A stretch of 64,000 nucleotides of DNA from Lachnospiraceae bacterium (GTDB lineage: Bacteria > Bacillota > Clostridia > Lachnospirales > Lachnospiraceae), in contig JAGBBM010000015.1 in NCBI GenBank assembly GCA_017938485.1, forward strand, positions 26,528 through 90,527, written 5' to 3'. Under the pieces are notes generated by a model. The model saw only the letters and a program-made list of their open reading frames with translations. It was not told the DNA's origin and ran no database searches. Within the stretch, counting starts at the first letter, position 1. Each line of letters opens with the position of its first letter. This document shows positions 49,353 through 58,878 of the stretch, piece after piece. The position numbers and the translations under genes are program-made.

Positions 49353-50102
49353 ATGAGCGTTATTTCAATGAAACAGTTACTCGAGGCAGGTGTTCACTTT
49401 GGACATCAGACAAGAAGATGGAATCCTAAGATGGCTGAGTATATTTATACTGAGCGTAACGGAATCTACATCATCGACTTACAGAAGTCAGTAGGTAAGG
49501 TTGATGAGGCTTATAAGGCAATCTTTGATTGCGTTGCTGAAGGCGGCAAGGTATTATTTGTTGGTACTAAGAAGCAGGCTCAGGATTCAATCAAGTCAGA
49601 GGCTGAGAGATGTGGTATGTACTACGTTAACGAGAGATGGTTAGGTGGTATGCTCACAAACTTCAAGACAATTCAGACTAGAATTGCTAAGCTTAAGAAG
49701 TATGAGGCTATGGAGCAGGATGGTACATTTGATGTATTACCTAAGAAGGAAGTTATCGAGATTAAGAAGGAGATGGATAAGCTCCAGAAGAATCTTGGTG
49801 GTATCAAGGATATGAAGTCTATTCCTGATATGATTTTTGTTGTTGATCCTCGTAAGGAGAAGAACTGTATTCAGGAGGCACACTCACTTGGAATTCCACT
49901 TGTAGGTATTGCAGATACTAACTGTGACCCAGAAGAGCTTGATTATGTTATTCCAGGTAACGATGATGCAATCAGAGCTGTTAAGCTTATCGTTGCAAAG
50001 ATGGCTGATGCAGTTATCGAAGCTAACCAGGGTGCTGATGTTGCAACAGAGGAAGAGGCTGAGTCTATGGCAGCTGATGCTGAGGAAGCAACTGAGGAGT
50101 AA
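49353..50102 (+). CDS. rpsB: 30S ribosomal protein S2
   Basis: [27 protein letters not shown]; start corrected to ATG 49353. Confidence 0.98.
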   Translation: MSVISMKQLLEAGVHFGHQTRRWNPKMAEYIYTERNGIYIIDLQKSVGKVDEAYKAIFDCVAEGGKVLFVGTKKQAQDSIKSEAERCGMYYVNERWLGGMLTNFKTIQTRIAKLKKYEAMEQDGTFDVLPKKEVIEIKKEMDKLQKNLGGIKDMKSIPDMIFVVDPRKEKNCIQEAHSLGIPLVGIADTNCDPEELDYVIPGNDDAIRAVKLIVAKMADAVIEANQGADVATEEEAESMAADAEEATEE

Positions 50103-50117
50103 TAATTAGATATATAA

Positions 50118-50157
50118 AAGCCATGCTTGCTTGCTATTTGCAGGCATGGCTTAATTT
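50118..50157 (+). terminator. Stem-loop between rpsB and tsf (weak terminator/attenuator)
   Basis: AAGCCATGCTTGC-N9-GCAGGCATGGCTT. Confidence 0.6.
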
Positions 50158-50218
50158 ATATAATTTGATTTGGCAAATTGTAATAATTTTTTAGAATAAT
50201 TTTAGGAGGACTTTTAAT

Positions 50219-51157
50219 ATGGCAGCTATTACAGCAGGTATGGTAAAAGAGTTAAGAGAAATGTCAGGCGCCGGAATGATGGATTGTAAGAAGGCACTTG
50301 GTGCAACAGACGGCGATTTCGATAAGGCTATGGAGTGGCTTAGAGAGAAAGGTCTCGCTACAGCTCAGAAGAAGGCTGGTAGAATTGCAGCTGAAGGTAT
50401 CGTTATGACTACTGTTATTAACGGTGGTAAGACAGCAGCTATCGTTGAGGTAAATGCTGAGACTGACTTCGTTGCTAAGAATGATGTATTCCAGGGATAT
50501 GTAGCAGAAGTATTAGATCAGATAGTTAAGTCTTCAGCAGCTGATGTTGAAGCTCTTAAGGAAGAGAAGTGGGCTCTTGATGATTCTATGACAGTTGCAG
50601 AAAAGCACGCAGCTATGATCGCAAGAATCGGTGAGAACATGAATATCAGAAGATTTGAGAGAGTAAATACTGATGGTATGGTTGTATCATACATCCATGC
50701 TGGTGGTAAGATTGGTGTTCTTGTTGAGGCTGACACTGATGGTTCAGGTGCAGAGATTGAAGAGTGCTTAAAGAACGTAGCTATGCAGGTTGCAGCTATG
50801 AATCCTAAGTATGTTTCAACTGCTGATGTATCAGAGGAGTACAAGGCTCATGAGTTAGAGATTCTCGTAGCTCAGGCTAAGAATGATCCTAAGAACGCTA
50901 ACAAGCCAGACAACATCATCGAGAAGATGGTACAGGGTAGACTTAACAAGGAGCTTAAGGAAGTTTGTCTTCTTGAGCAGGAGTACGTTAAGGCTGAGAA
51001 CAAGGAGTCTGTATCACAGTATGTAGCATCTGTTGGTAAGGCAGTTGGATGTAACCTTGCAATCAAGAACTTTGTTCGTTTTGAGACTGGTGAAGGTCTT
51101 GAGAAGAAGAACGAGGACTTCGCTGCTGAGGTTGCTGCTCAGATGGCAGGAAACTAA
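50219..51157 (+). CDS. tsf: Elongation factor Ts
   Basis: VKELREMSGAGMMDCKKAL, EVNAETDFVAKN, FVRFETGEG. Confidence 0.98.
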   Translation: MAAITAGMVKELREMSGAGMMDCKKALGATDGDFDKAMEWLREKGLATAQKKAGRIAAEGIVMTTVINGGKTAAIVEVNAETDFVAKNDVFQGYVAEVLDQIVKSSAADVEALKEEKWALDDSMTVAEKHAAMIARIGENMNIRRFERVNTDGMVVSYIHAGGKIGVLVEADTDGSGAEIEECLKNVAMQVAAMNPKYVSTADVSEEYKAHELEILVAQAKNDPKNANKPDNIIEKMVQGRLNKELKEVCLLEQEYVKAENKESVSQYVASVGKAVGCNLAIKNFVRFETGEGLEKKNEDFAAEVAAQMAGN

Positions 51158-51173
51158 TTTAATAAAAATAATC

Positions 51174-51204
51174 ACACGCCGATATATGTCGGCGTGTTTT
51201 TTTT
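51174..51204 (+). terminator. Intrinsic terminator after tsf
   Basis: ACACGCCGA-TATATG-TCGGCGTGT followed by a T tract. Confidence 0.85.
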
Positions 51205-51240
51205 ATAGTCATTTGATGCAAATAATAGTCGTTTAGTGCA
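51205..51240 (+). promoter_or_regulatory. Direct repeats, candidate LytTR operator
   Basis: ATAGTCATTTGATGCA (51205) and ATAGTCGTTTAGTGCA (51225), 20-nt period, upstream of a LytTR gene. Confidence 0.55.
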
Positions 51241-51246
51241 TATCCT

Positions 51247-51274
51247 TAATTTCTTTTATAAAATATGTCGATAA
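51247..51274 (+). promoter_or_regulatory. sigma28-like promoter candidate
   Basis: TAAT-N16-GTCGATAA. A second candidate, TTAA-N15-GCCGATAT, lies at 51159-51185. Confidence 0.45.
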
Positions 51275-51308
51275 ATATATTGACTGATGAAAGAGAGCGA
51301 GGGTTTAC

Positions 51309-51785
51309 ATGAAGATAATAATTTGTGATGAAAAGGGTAAGGATAAAAACAATATTGTAGATTTGCTTAAAAACTATAAGCAGGATAATGATTGTAATAT
51401 CCATATTATAGATTGCGAATCAGAGGTTAAACTTTATGAAGTGACAAAAGATAAAAAGGAAGTTGTTGAATTTCCGTTTGTTGAGGGAAAGACAAAACTT
51501 CACATAGATGATATAATATACATAGAGACATTTAAACACAAGAATATATTTCATACTACCACAAAGGATTATAGTATATATAGAAAGCTTAGTGATATAG
51601 AAAAGGATTTTGTTAATCAAGATTTTCTTCGTGCCCATATAAGTTATCTGGTAAATATGAAGTATATTAAGAAAATAAGTAGTTATGTGTTGACCTTGTC
51701 AAATGGGAAAGAGCTTTCTGTACCAAAATCTAGGTATCAGGATGTAAAAAGAAAGTTTCAGCAATTTATTGATATGAATAAGTAG
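51309..51785 (+). CDS. LytTR DNA-binding regulator with internally deleted receiver domain
   Basis: REC-like start MKIIICDE, then directly the LytTR domain (DIIYIET..LSDIE..FLRAHISYLVNMKYI..LSNGKELSVPKSR); only 158 aa. Confidence 0.85.
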   Translation: MKIIICDEKGKDKNNIVDLLKNYKQDNDCNIHIIDCESEVKLYEVTKDKKEVVEFPFVEGKTKLHIDDIIYIETFKHKNIFHTTTKDYSIYRKLSDIEKDFVNQDFLRAHISYLVNMKYIKKISSYVLTLSNGKELSVPKSRYQDVKRKFQQFIDMNK

Positions 51786-51799
51786 CAAGGAGGTATAGT

Positions 51800-52462
51800 A
51801 TGAGAATTACCAATCAGATGTTAAATGAATCGGCAAGAAAAGCAGGTCTCGATTTGAATAGGCCAACCTTGCTTGACTATATGAACAAAAACTCAAACAA
51901 TACTCTTTATTCGGCATTAAGCAAGGCAAATCAGTCTACATCTGATTTGATGAAAAAAAGCAATTATGAAAAATTGGAAAAGTCTTCGAATGAGTTGGTA
52001 GATATATTAAATAGACTTTCTGATGATGGTGAAGAAGGTTTATTTTCTACAGCAAAAAAAGAAAATGACTATAAGGAAATATATAATACTATAGAGAAGC
52101 TTATTAATAGCTACAATAATATTATAGACAACTCAAAGTACATAACTGGAACCTTAGAAAGCTTCTACACGAAGATGTTAAAAGAGATTCCGTCAGAAGA
52201 TAGCGAGTTACTTAATAGTGTAGGTATAACTGTAACAAAGGATGATAAGATAGAATTTAATAGTGAGAAACTTAAGTTGGTGGATACTGAAACATTGGAA
52301 AAAGTATTTGGAAATGATAGTGAGTTTATAACTAAGCTAGCTTATGTGACTAGTAAGATTGCTGATAACGCGGAGGCAAATGTAGAGAGCTTAAGTAGCT
52401 CATACAATCAAACCGGTAATATTTATTCCTCAGTAAAAAATAAGTATGATTTCTGGGGATAG
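51800..52462 (+). CDS. Hypothetical protein with FlgL-like N-terminus and FliD C-terminal-like region
   Basis: Starts MRITNQML; IEKLINSYN..LNSVGITVTKDDKIEFNSEKL..LEKVFG resembles FliD_C; AAGGAGG RBS. Confidence 0.6.
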   Translation: MRITNQMLNESARKAGLDLNRPTLLDYMNKNSNNTLYSALSKANQSTSDLMKKSNYEKLEKSSNELVDILNRLSDDGEEGLFSTAKKENDYKEIYNTIEKLINSYNNIIDNSKYITGTLESFYTKMLKEIPSEDSELLNSVGITVTKDDKIEFNSEKLKLVDTETLEKVFGNDSEFITKLAYVTSKIADNAEANVESLSSSYNQTGNIYSSVKNKYDFWG

Positions 52463-52501
52463 TAAAGGGATTACTAATTTTAGTAAAAGAGGGAAAGCAT
52501 A

Positions 52502-53389
52502 ATGGATTTTTACACAAAAGTTGGTATTGTATGTTGTTCTAATGGTCAGCATATTTCATATAAAGATGATATTCATAAGTTGGATAAAATTCTTAGAAGT
52601 ATGGGAATTGAACCGGTTTACAGTGACTATATTTATGAAAAAGATTCTGTATATAGTGGAACAGCCAGGGAAAGAGCAAATTCTCTTATGGATTTTTATA
52701 TGGATGACAGTATAAGTGCAATATATGATATATCAGGTGGTGATATAGCCAACGAAATTTTGCCATATCTTGACTATGATGTAATTAAAAATAGTAATAA
52801 AGCCTTTTGGGGATATAGTGACATTACAACGATAATTAATGCTATATATACAAAAACAGGTAATCCAGGAGTATTATATCAGATTAAGAATCTTGTCTGG
52901 GATAAAAGCAAGGAACAGATAGGTAGATATTATGATTATGCAGAGTGTATATATATTGATAAAAAATATAATGACGGTATATTAAAAAATCTGGATTTGT
53001 TTAAGTTTAACTACGAGTTCCTTCAAGGTGATTCTATGGAAGGTGTTGTTATTGGCGGTAATGTACGGTGTTTTCTTAAACTTGCGGGAACAGAGTATTT
53101 TCCTGATACAAAAGACAAGGTATTACTATTGGAAAGCTTGGGTGGGGAAGTACCACAGATGATAACTTATCTTAATCAGTTAAAACAGATAGGTGTATTT
53201 AGTAAGATTAAAGGTCTTATTTTTGGTACTTTTACCACTATGGAGGAAAAAGCTTGTAAGCCAGATATTGTTGAACTTGTAAAGCAATATGTGAGTGAAG
53301 ATTTACCCATTGTTAAGACTTATGAGATTGGGCATGGTTATAATTCTAAAGCAATTGTTATTGGTAAAAAAATATGTATTAAATCCTAG
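52502..53389 (+). CDS. S66 family peptidase (LD-carboxypeptidase/MccF-like)
   Basis: GYSDIT (Ser), GGN, LLLES (Glu), IGHG (His). Confidence 0.9.
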   Translation: MDFYTKVGIVCCSNGQHISYKDDIHKLDKILRSMGIEPVYSDYIYEKDSVYSGTARERANSLMDFYMDDSISAIYDISGGDIANEILPYLDYDVIKNSNKAFWGYSDITTIINAIYTKTGNPGVLYQIKNLVWDKSKEQIGRYYDYAECIYIDKKYNDGILKNLDLFKFNYEFLQGDSMEGVVIGGNVRCFLKLAGTEYFPDTKDKVLLLESLGGEVPQMITYLNQLKQIGVFSKIKGLIFGTFTTMEEKACKPDIVELVKQYVSEDLPIVKTYEIGHGYNSKAIVIGKKICIKS

Positions 53390-53404
53390 GATATACTATA
53401 AAAT

Positions 53405-53445
53405 AAAAGCATATATCTAAGAATATTACTTAGATATATGCTTTT
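53405..53445. terminator. Bidirectional terminator between convergent genes
   Basis: Perfect 17-bp inverted repeat AAAAGCATATATCTAAG / CTTAGATATATGCTTTT. The DMT stop codon lies in the loop. Confidence 0.75.
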
Positions 53446-54391
53446 TATTTTTATTGTTTGTCTTTGTTTTCTTACTTGGAAGCTGGGCTAGTATAACAGC
53501 TACAAATATAAGTACACAGCCCATAAGCTCTTTAAAACTAAGCTTTTCTTTTAGTATTATCCATCCAGCTATGACTGAAAAAACAGATTCAAGACTCATT
53601 ATAAGAGATGCTATAGTTGGATTAACACCTTTTTGACCGATTATCTGTAGGGTATAAGCTATACCACAGGAAAATATTCCGGCATATAAAAGTGGTATCC
53701 AAGCATCAAGACTTTCAAAACCACTAAGCCATGCAGATATATCCGTGGATTTTCTTATATCCACAAAAATCATAGGTATGGTTGTTATAATACCAACAGT
53801 TAAAAATTGGATACAGGACATCCTAAGTCCATCAACCTTTGGTGTAAAATAGTCAATAACCATTATGTGTATAGAAAAACAAAACGCGCATATCATAACC
53901 AGCAGGTCAGAAAGCTGTATATAAAATGCTCCATTTATACATAATAGGTAAAGGCCAATTAGTGCAATAAGTACACTAATCCATACATTTAGTCCACATT
54001 TCCTTTTTAAGAATATACCTAGAATAGGCACAAGGAGTATATAACAAGCGGTTAAAAAGCCTGCTTTTCCTGAAGGCGTACCAAGGTATATACCCATCTG
54101 TTGAAGGTTTGTGGCTATGCAAAGTACTATACCGCAACAAACTCCCCCAAGAAGGAGAGTTTGTTTTTTTTCTTTGGTATCAGGTTTTTTTGTGAGACCA
54201 AATTTGTCGGTAATAGAAATAATAATCACAAGGAAGATAGCTCCAATAAAGGATCTTATGCAGTTAAAGGAATAAGGTCCAATAGCTTGGCCACCTTCGC
54301 TTTGTGCTACAAAGGAAATACCCCATATAAATGATGTCAGTGCAAGTATTAGTGAATTACGTTTTACTAATGCGGTATTTTTATTGTCCAT
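53426..54391 (-). CDS. DMT/EamA family transporter
   Basis: About 10 TMs, IWGISFVAQ, GKAGFLTACYILLVP, ASLIMSLESVFS. Confidence 0.92.
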   Translation of the reverse strand: MDNKNTALVKRNSLILALTSFIWGISFVAQSEGGQAIGPYSFNCIRSFIGAIFLVIIISITDKFGLTKKPDTKEKKQTLLLGGVCCGIVLCIATNLQQMGIYLGTPSGKAGFLTACYILLVPILGIFLKRKCGLNVWISVLIALIGLYLLCINGAFYIQLSDLLVMICAFCFSIHIMVIDYFTPKVDGLRMSCIQFLTVGIITTIPMIFVDIRKSTDISAWLSGFESLDAWIPLLYAGIFSCGIAYTLQIIGQKGVNPTIASLIMSLESVFSVIAGWIILKEKLSFKELMGCVLIFVAVILAQLPSKKTKTNNKNKKHISK

Positions 54392-54394
54392 AAT

Positions 54395-56086
54395 TTACTC
54401 CAATGTACTTTCTTTTTTATTAATAATAGATTTAATAACAAACATAGCTATAAGTAAAAGTACAATTACAACAGCAAGGCCAACAAGAGCCATTAGATTA
54501 CCTGTTGAATAACCGATTACACCAGCTACGATATATCCTATAAAAGATATTGCTGCTACAAGCATAACATATGGAATCTGGGTTGACACGTGGTTAACAT
54601 GGTCTGAGTGAGCACCTGCTGAAGCCATGATAGTTGTGTCTGAAATAGGAGAGCAATGGTCACCACAAACACCGCCTGAAAGACAAGCAGCGATGGAGAT
54701 AACAAGCATCTCGTAATTATCAGGATTGCTGCCAAATACATTACATACAATAGGTATGAGAATACTGAAGGTACCCCAGCTTGTTCCTGTTGAGAATGCA
54801 AGGAATACTGCGACAATAAATATAATACAAGGTAAGAACATCTTTAGCACACCAGCAGAACCTTCGACTAACTGTCCAACATAGATATCTGCACCAAGTA
54901 ATCCTGTCATACCTGAAAGTGTCCATGCCATTGTAAGGATAAGGATAGGGGCAACCATTGCCTTAAATCCTTCTGGGATGCAATCAGTAAATTCCTTGAA
55001 TGATAATACTCCACGAATCATATAAAAACAGAATACGATTATGAGAGTAACTATACTACCAAATACAAGTCCCATTGAAGCATCAGCATTAGCAAAGGCA
55101 TTTACAAAGGTTTCTCCGTCGAAGAAACCACCTGTATATACCATACCAATAATACAGCTTATAACAAGTACGATTACAGGGAATACAAGGTCTATAACCT
55201 TTCCGTTAGGCGTCTTAATCTCATCATCTGCATCTCCATATGGTCTTGCTGCAGTAGTAAAAAGGTCGCCTTTTAAAGCGTTATCCTCGTGCTTTTTCAT
55301 AGGACCAAAATCAGCCTTTAAAAGAACAACAAGAATTATCATAAGTAATGTTGCAATAGCATAAAAGTTGTACGGAATTGTTCGAAGGAACATAGTAAAT
55401 CCATTTATGTTTACATCCTCAGGTACAGATGATGTAACAGCTGCTGCCCAGCTTGATATAGGTGCTATAATACATACAGGAGCTGCTGTGGCATCAATAA
55501 GATATGCAAGCTTTGCTCTTGATACTTTATGTCTATCTGTAACAGGTCTCATAACTGAACCAACAGTAAGACAGTTGAAGTAGTCATCAACAAATATAAG
55601 TACACCAAGAACCATTGTTGCAAGCTGTGCTCCAGCGCGAGTCTTTATATGCTCTGATGCCCACTTACCGAATGCCGCGGAACCACCAACTTTGTTCATA
55701 AGAGCGACCATAATTCCAAGAATAACAAGGAATACCAATATACCTACGTTCCAGCTGTCAGCCAGCTTGGTAATCATACCACCGCCATTTTCACTTGAAT
55801 CATAGAGCATAGTGTTAAGCATAAGCTCCATATTACCGTTTGCATATAGAAGGGCCCCTGCCACAATACCTACAAAAAGTGAAGAGTAAACTTCTTTTGT
55901 GATAAGGGCAAGAATAATTGCGATAATTGGAGGTAGCAATGCTCCCCATGTTGCATAAATTTTAGGTGTGTAGGTTTCTACATCCACACTGCCAGGTGTA
56001 TTTACAGTAAATGCAATAAGAATACCAAGTATTACAAGCACTGCAAATAGAAAAATAGCACTTTTCTTTTTCATAATTCTTCTCAT
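54395..56086 (-). CDS. Na+/H+ antiporter NhaC family protein (probable amino-acid transporter)
   Basis: IFVDDYFNCL, PISSW, FSTGTSWGTF, GDHCSPISDTTIMAS. Confidence 0.9.
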   Translation of the reverse strand: MRRIMKKKSAIFLFAVLVILGILIAFTVNTPGSVDVETYTPKIYATWGALLPPIIAIILALITKEVYSSLFVGIVAGALLYANGNMELMLNTMLYDSSENGGGMITKLADSWNVGILVFLVILGIMVALMNKVGGSAAFGKWASEHIKTRAGAQLATMVLGVLIFVDDYFNCLTVGSVMRPVTDRHKVSRAKLAYLIDATAAPVCIIAPISSWAAAVTSSVPEDVNINGFTMFLRTIPYNFYAIATLLMIILVVLLKADFGPMKKHEDNALKGDLFTTAARPYGDADDEIKTPNGKVIDLVFPVIVLVISCIIGMVYTGGFFDGETFVNAFANADASMGLVFGSIVTLIIVFCFYMIRGVLSFKEFTDCIPEGFKAMVAPILILTMAWTLSGMTGLLGADIYVGQLVEGSAGVLKMFLPCIIFIVAVFLAFSTGTSWGTFSILIPIVCNVFGSNPDNYEMLVISIAACLSGGVCGDHCSPISDTTIMASAGAHSDHVNHVSTQIPYVMLVAAISFIGYIVAGVIGYSTGNLMALVGLAVVIVLLLIAMFVIKSIINKKESTLE

Positions 56087-56207
56087 TTCTCCTTTGTTAA
56101 ATTATGGATATAATTATAGTCTATAACCCTTTAATTAAGCAAGGAAATTGTGTATAAAAATCAGCAAATATGATATGATGTTATAGGAAGTTGTTAAGGA
56201 GATTTTT

Positions 56208-57161
56208 ATGAGTAAAAATAAAGCTAAAAAGAATAACATAGGAATATTTAAAAAGCTTACTTTAATTATTATATTTTTACTTTGCTTTGTGGTTGCAATT
56301 GGTCTTATGTTTCATAGACAAATACTTGAAGCCTACAATAAGTTTAAGAAAGATAAGGATATAAGTGCCGAGCTTACTGAGTTAAATAATGGCGAGAACC
56401 CGGAAAAGCTATTACAAGTACATTTCATTGATGTGGGACAGGGGGATGCCACATTGATAACTTATGATGGACATGCCATGCTTATTGATGGGGGCGATAA
56501 TTCTAAGGGAACTGCTATACAAAAATATCTTATGGATAATGGAATCGAAAAACTTGATTATGTTATTGGCACCCACCCTGATGCGGACCATATTGGTGGG
56601 TTGGATGTAATTATATATAAATTTAACTGTGATAATATCATAATGCCAGATGTTGGAAAGGATACAAAATCTTATGAGGATTTGATTATGTCCATTGAAG
56701 AAAAGGACTATGAGATAATAAATCCAAATAAAGATATGAAGTTTTATATGGGCGATGTGGAGTTCACAGTTCTTTCTCCTGATAAGGATAAATCATATGA
56801 GGATATAAACGATTATTCCATAGTTTTAAGGATGGAGTATAAGGATATAAGCTTTATATTTGCAGGAGATGCTGGAAAATTGGTTATGGAGGATATATTG
56901 ACAAAGGATGTTGAACTTGATTGTGATGTGTATAAGGTGGCTCATCACGGCAGTGCAGATTCCTATTGTGAGGATTTTTATAATAAAATGTCTCCAGCAT
57001 ATATGATTATAAGCTGTGGAAAGGATAATGACTATAATCATCCCCATAAAGAAATTACGGACTACATAGATAAAAATAATATTATTACTTATAGAACTGA
57101 CCAAAATGGAGACATTGTTGCATATACAGATGGAGAAAAAATTGCATGGATAACAGAATAG
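56208..57161 (+). CDS. ComEC/Rec2-like metallo-beta-lactamase fold hydrolase, membrane anchored
   Basis: VHFIDVGQGDA, THPDADHIGG, FAGDA, KVAHHGS, YNHPH, RTDQNG. Confidence 0.88.
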   Translation: MSKNKAKKNNIGIFKKLTLIIIFLLCFVVAIGLMFHRQILEAYNKFKKDKDISAELTELNNGENPEKLLQVHFIDVGQGDATLITYDGHAMLIDGGDNSKGTAIQKYLMDNGIEKLDYVIGTHPDADHIGGLDVIIYKFNCDNIIMPDVGKDTKSYEDLIMSIEEKDYEIINPNKDMKFYMGDVEFTVLSPDKDKSYEDINDYSIVLRMEYKDISFIFAGDAGKLVMEDILTKDVELDCDVYKVAHHGSADSYCEDFYNKMSPAYMIISCGKDNDYNHPHKEITDYIDKNNIITYRTDQNGDIVAYTDGEKIAWITE

Positions 57162-57211
57162 TTGAAAATTTTAAATCATATAATTAAAACAACCCTTTTT
57201 ATGGTGGTAGT

Positions 57212-58762
57212 ATGATTAGAAAAATAACATCTTTAATACTTACAATTATTCTTGTTATTACTGCATTTTTTATAGATTCTTACACAAAGGTCGATGCTAT
57301 AGATAATACTGACAATATTAGAGCCTGTTGGATATCTTATCTTGATATAGAAAGCTATCTAAAGGATTTGAGTGAAGAAGAATTTACAATAAAGGTTTGT
57401 GATATGTATAGTAAAATCAAGGATAATAACCTTAATACAGTGATTGTTCAAGTGAGAACTATGGCTGATGCGATATATCCTTCTGATTATTTTCCTTGGT
57501 CTACATATATCACTTCGGATAGGGTGGCTCTTTCCTATGACCCTTTAGAGATAATGATAAAACTAGCTAAGGAATATGGTTTAAGGTTTGAGGCATGGGT
57601 AAATCCTTACAGGATTTCTTTGAATACAACAATCACAAATAATTATAAAGGTACAATATATTATGAAGAATATAAGGACTTTATAATGGAATATGAAAAT
57701 CAGGCAGGCGAAATCTGCCTTTCCTTTGACCCGGCTAAGACGGATACAATAAGACTTATTGTTTCAGGAGTTAAGGAAATTGTACAAAAATATGATGTGG
57801 ATGGAATACATTTCGATGATTATTTTTACGTATCAGGCATGGCGCCTGAGCTTTCCGCATCTTTGAGAAAAGAATATGTAAACAATATGGTTAAAACTGT
57901 ATATGATACAGTTAAGTCTGTGGATAAAGAGTGTGAGTTTGGTATAAGTCCAGCAGGAAACTTAGATAATGCAAGAGCTCAAGGCGCGGATATTGACACC
58001 TGGCTATCAATGGAGGGCTATGTGGATTATATTATGCCACAGGTATATTGGACGGATACCTTTGTGACATCTGAGGGAAAAGTGAATTATTTTTTAGATA
58101 GATGTGAGGAGTGGTGTCAGGTAAATAAGTTAAATAAACCAATGTATCTTGGACTTGCTCTGTATCGTGTAGGAGAAGAATCAACAATAGATATGGGATG
58201 GTCCATAAAAACAGACAATCTTGCCGGTCAGTATAAATCAGCTTCGCATATGGGCTTCGATGGATATTGCCTTTTTAGATATCAGTGGTTAGAACTAGAT
58301 ATTGCAGAGGAAGAATTAGCAAATTTAAAGAGTGTTGTAGACTTATATTATAGCTATCCCTATGTGAGTGATTCGTATATTTCTTACAGTGTAAGGTCCT
58401 TGGGAAGCTGGGAAAATGCGAAAAAGGATGGTATAAGAGCTGGAAATGATAATGAAATAATAAGCACTGTATTTGCCCTTGGGAAAAGGGCTCCAGAAGG
58501 GAATGTATCATATAGAGTTATGTATCAGGATGGCCTTTGGTCTGACTGGTGTATGAATGGGGCCATCTGTGGAGGAGAAAACTCTATATTAAATATGCAA
58601 ATAAAACTATCTGGAGGAATAGAGGATACATACGATGTATATTATAGATGTTATTTTACCAATATAGGATGGCTGCCTTGGGTAAAGAATGGCATGGATA
58701 TAAATTCAGGAATAATAAATGAAAAAATGACGGGAATACAAGTAAAACTAGTAAAAAAATAG
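57212..58762 (+). CDS. Secreted glycoside hydrolase-like family 10 (DUF187) protein with C-terminal ChW-like repeats
   Basis: Signal peptide, RACWISY, NTVIVQVR, AWVNPYR, DGIHFDDYFY, DYIMPQVYW; Trp-containing repeats (YDVYYR..GWLPWVKNG). Confidence 0.8.
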   Translation: MIRKITSLILTIILVITAFFIDSYTKVDAIDNTDNIRACWISYLDIESYLKDLSEEEFTIKVCDMYSKIKDNNLNTVIVQVRTMADAIYPSDYFPWSTYITSDRVALSYDPLEIMIKLAKEYGLRFEAWVNPYRISLNTTITNNYKGTIYYEEYKDFIMEYENQAGEICLSFDPAKTDTIRLIVSGVKEIVQKYDVDGIHFDDYFYVSGMAPELSASLRKEYVNNMVKTVYDTVKSVDKECEFGISPAGNLDNARAQGADIDTWLSMEGYVDYIMPQVYWTDTFVTSEGKVNYFLDRCEEWCQVNKLNKPMYLGLALYRVGEESTIDMGWSIKTDNLAGQYKSASHMGFDGYCLFRYQWLELDIAEEELANLKSVVDLYYSYPYVSDSYISYSVRSLGSWENAKKDGIRAGNDNEIISTVFALGKRAPEGNVSYRVMYQDGLWSDWCMNGAICGGENSILNMQIKLSGGIEDTYDVYYRCYFTNIGWLPWVKNGMDINSGIINEKMTGIQVKLVKK

Positions 58763-58772
58763 AAAAAAGTAC

Positions 58773-58800
58773 TTGCATTTATTATTCAAAGTGATATAAT
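58773..58800 (+). promoter_or_regulatory. sigmaA promoter of the rimP-nusA-infB operon
   Basis: TTGCAT-N16-TATAAT with a TG extension. Confidence 0.65.
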
Positions 58801-58827
58801 TTATATGACTTAAATAATGACATTGCG

Positions 58828-58860
58828 GAGTGGGTTAAGAAAAACCCACTCTTTGTTTTT
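58828..58860 (+). promoter_or_regulatory. rimP leader attenuator hairpin
   Basis: GAGTGGGTT-AAGAAA-AACCCACTC-TTTGTTTTT, the typical GAGUGGG/CCCACUC hairpin upstream of Firmicute rimP. Confidence 0.75.
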
Positions 58861-58878
58861 ACTGAAAGGTGGAAATTC

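Noticed and set aside
56087-56207. Lysine or other riboswitch upstream of the NhaC-family transporter
   Set aside because: The divergent intergenic region is only about 120 nt, AT-rich, and lacks aptamer features.
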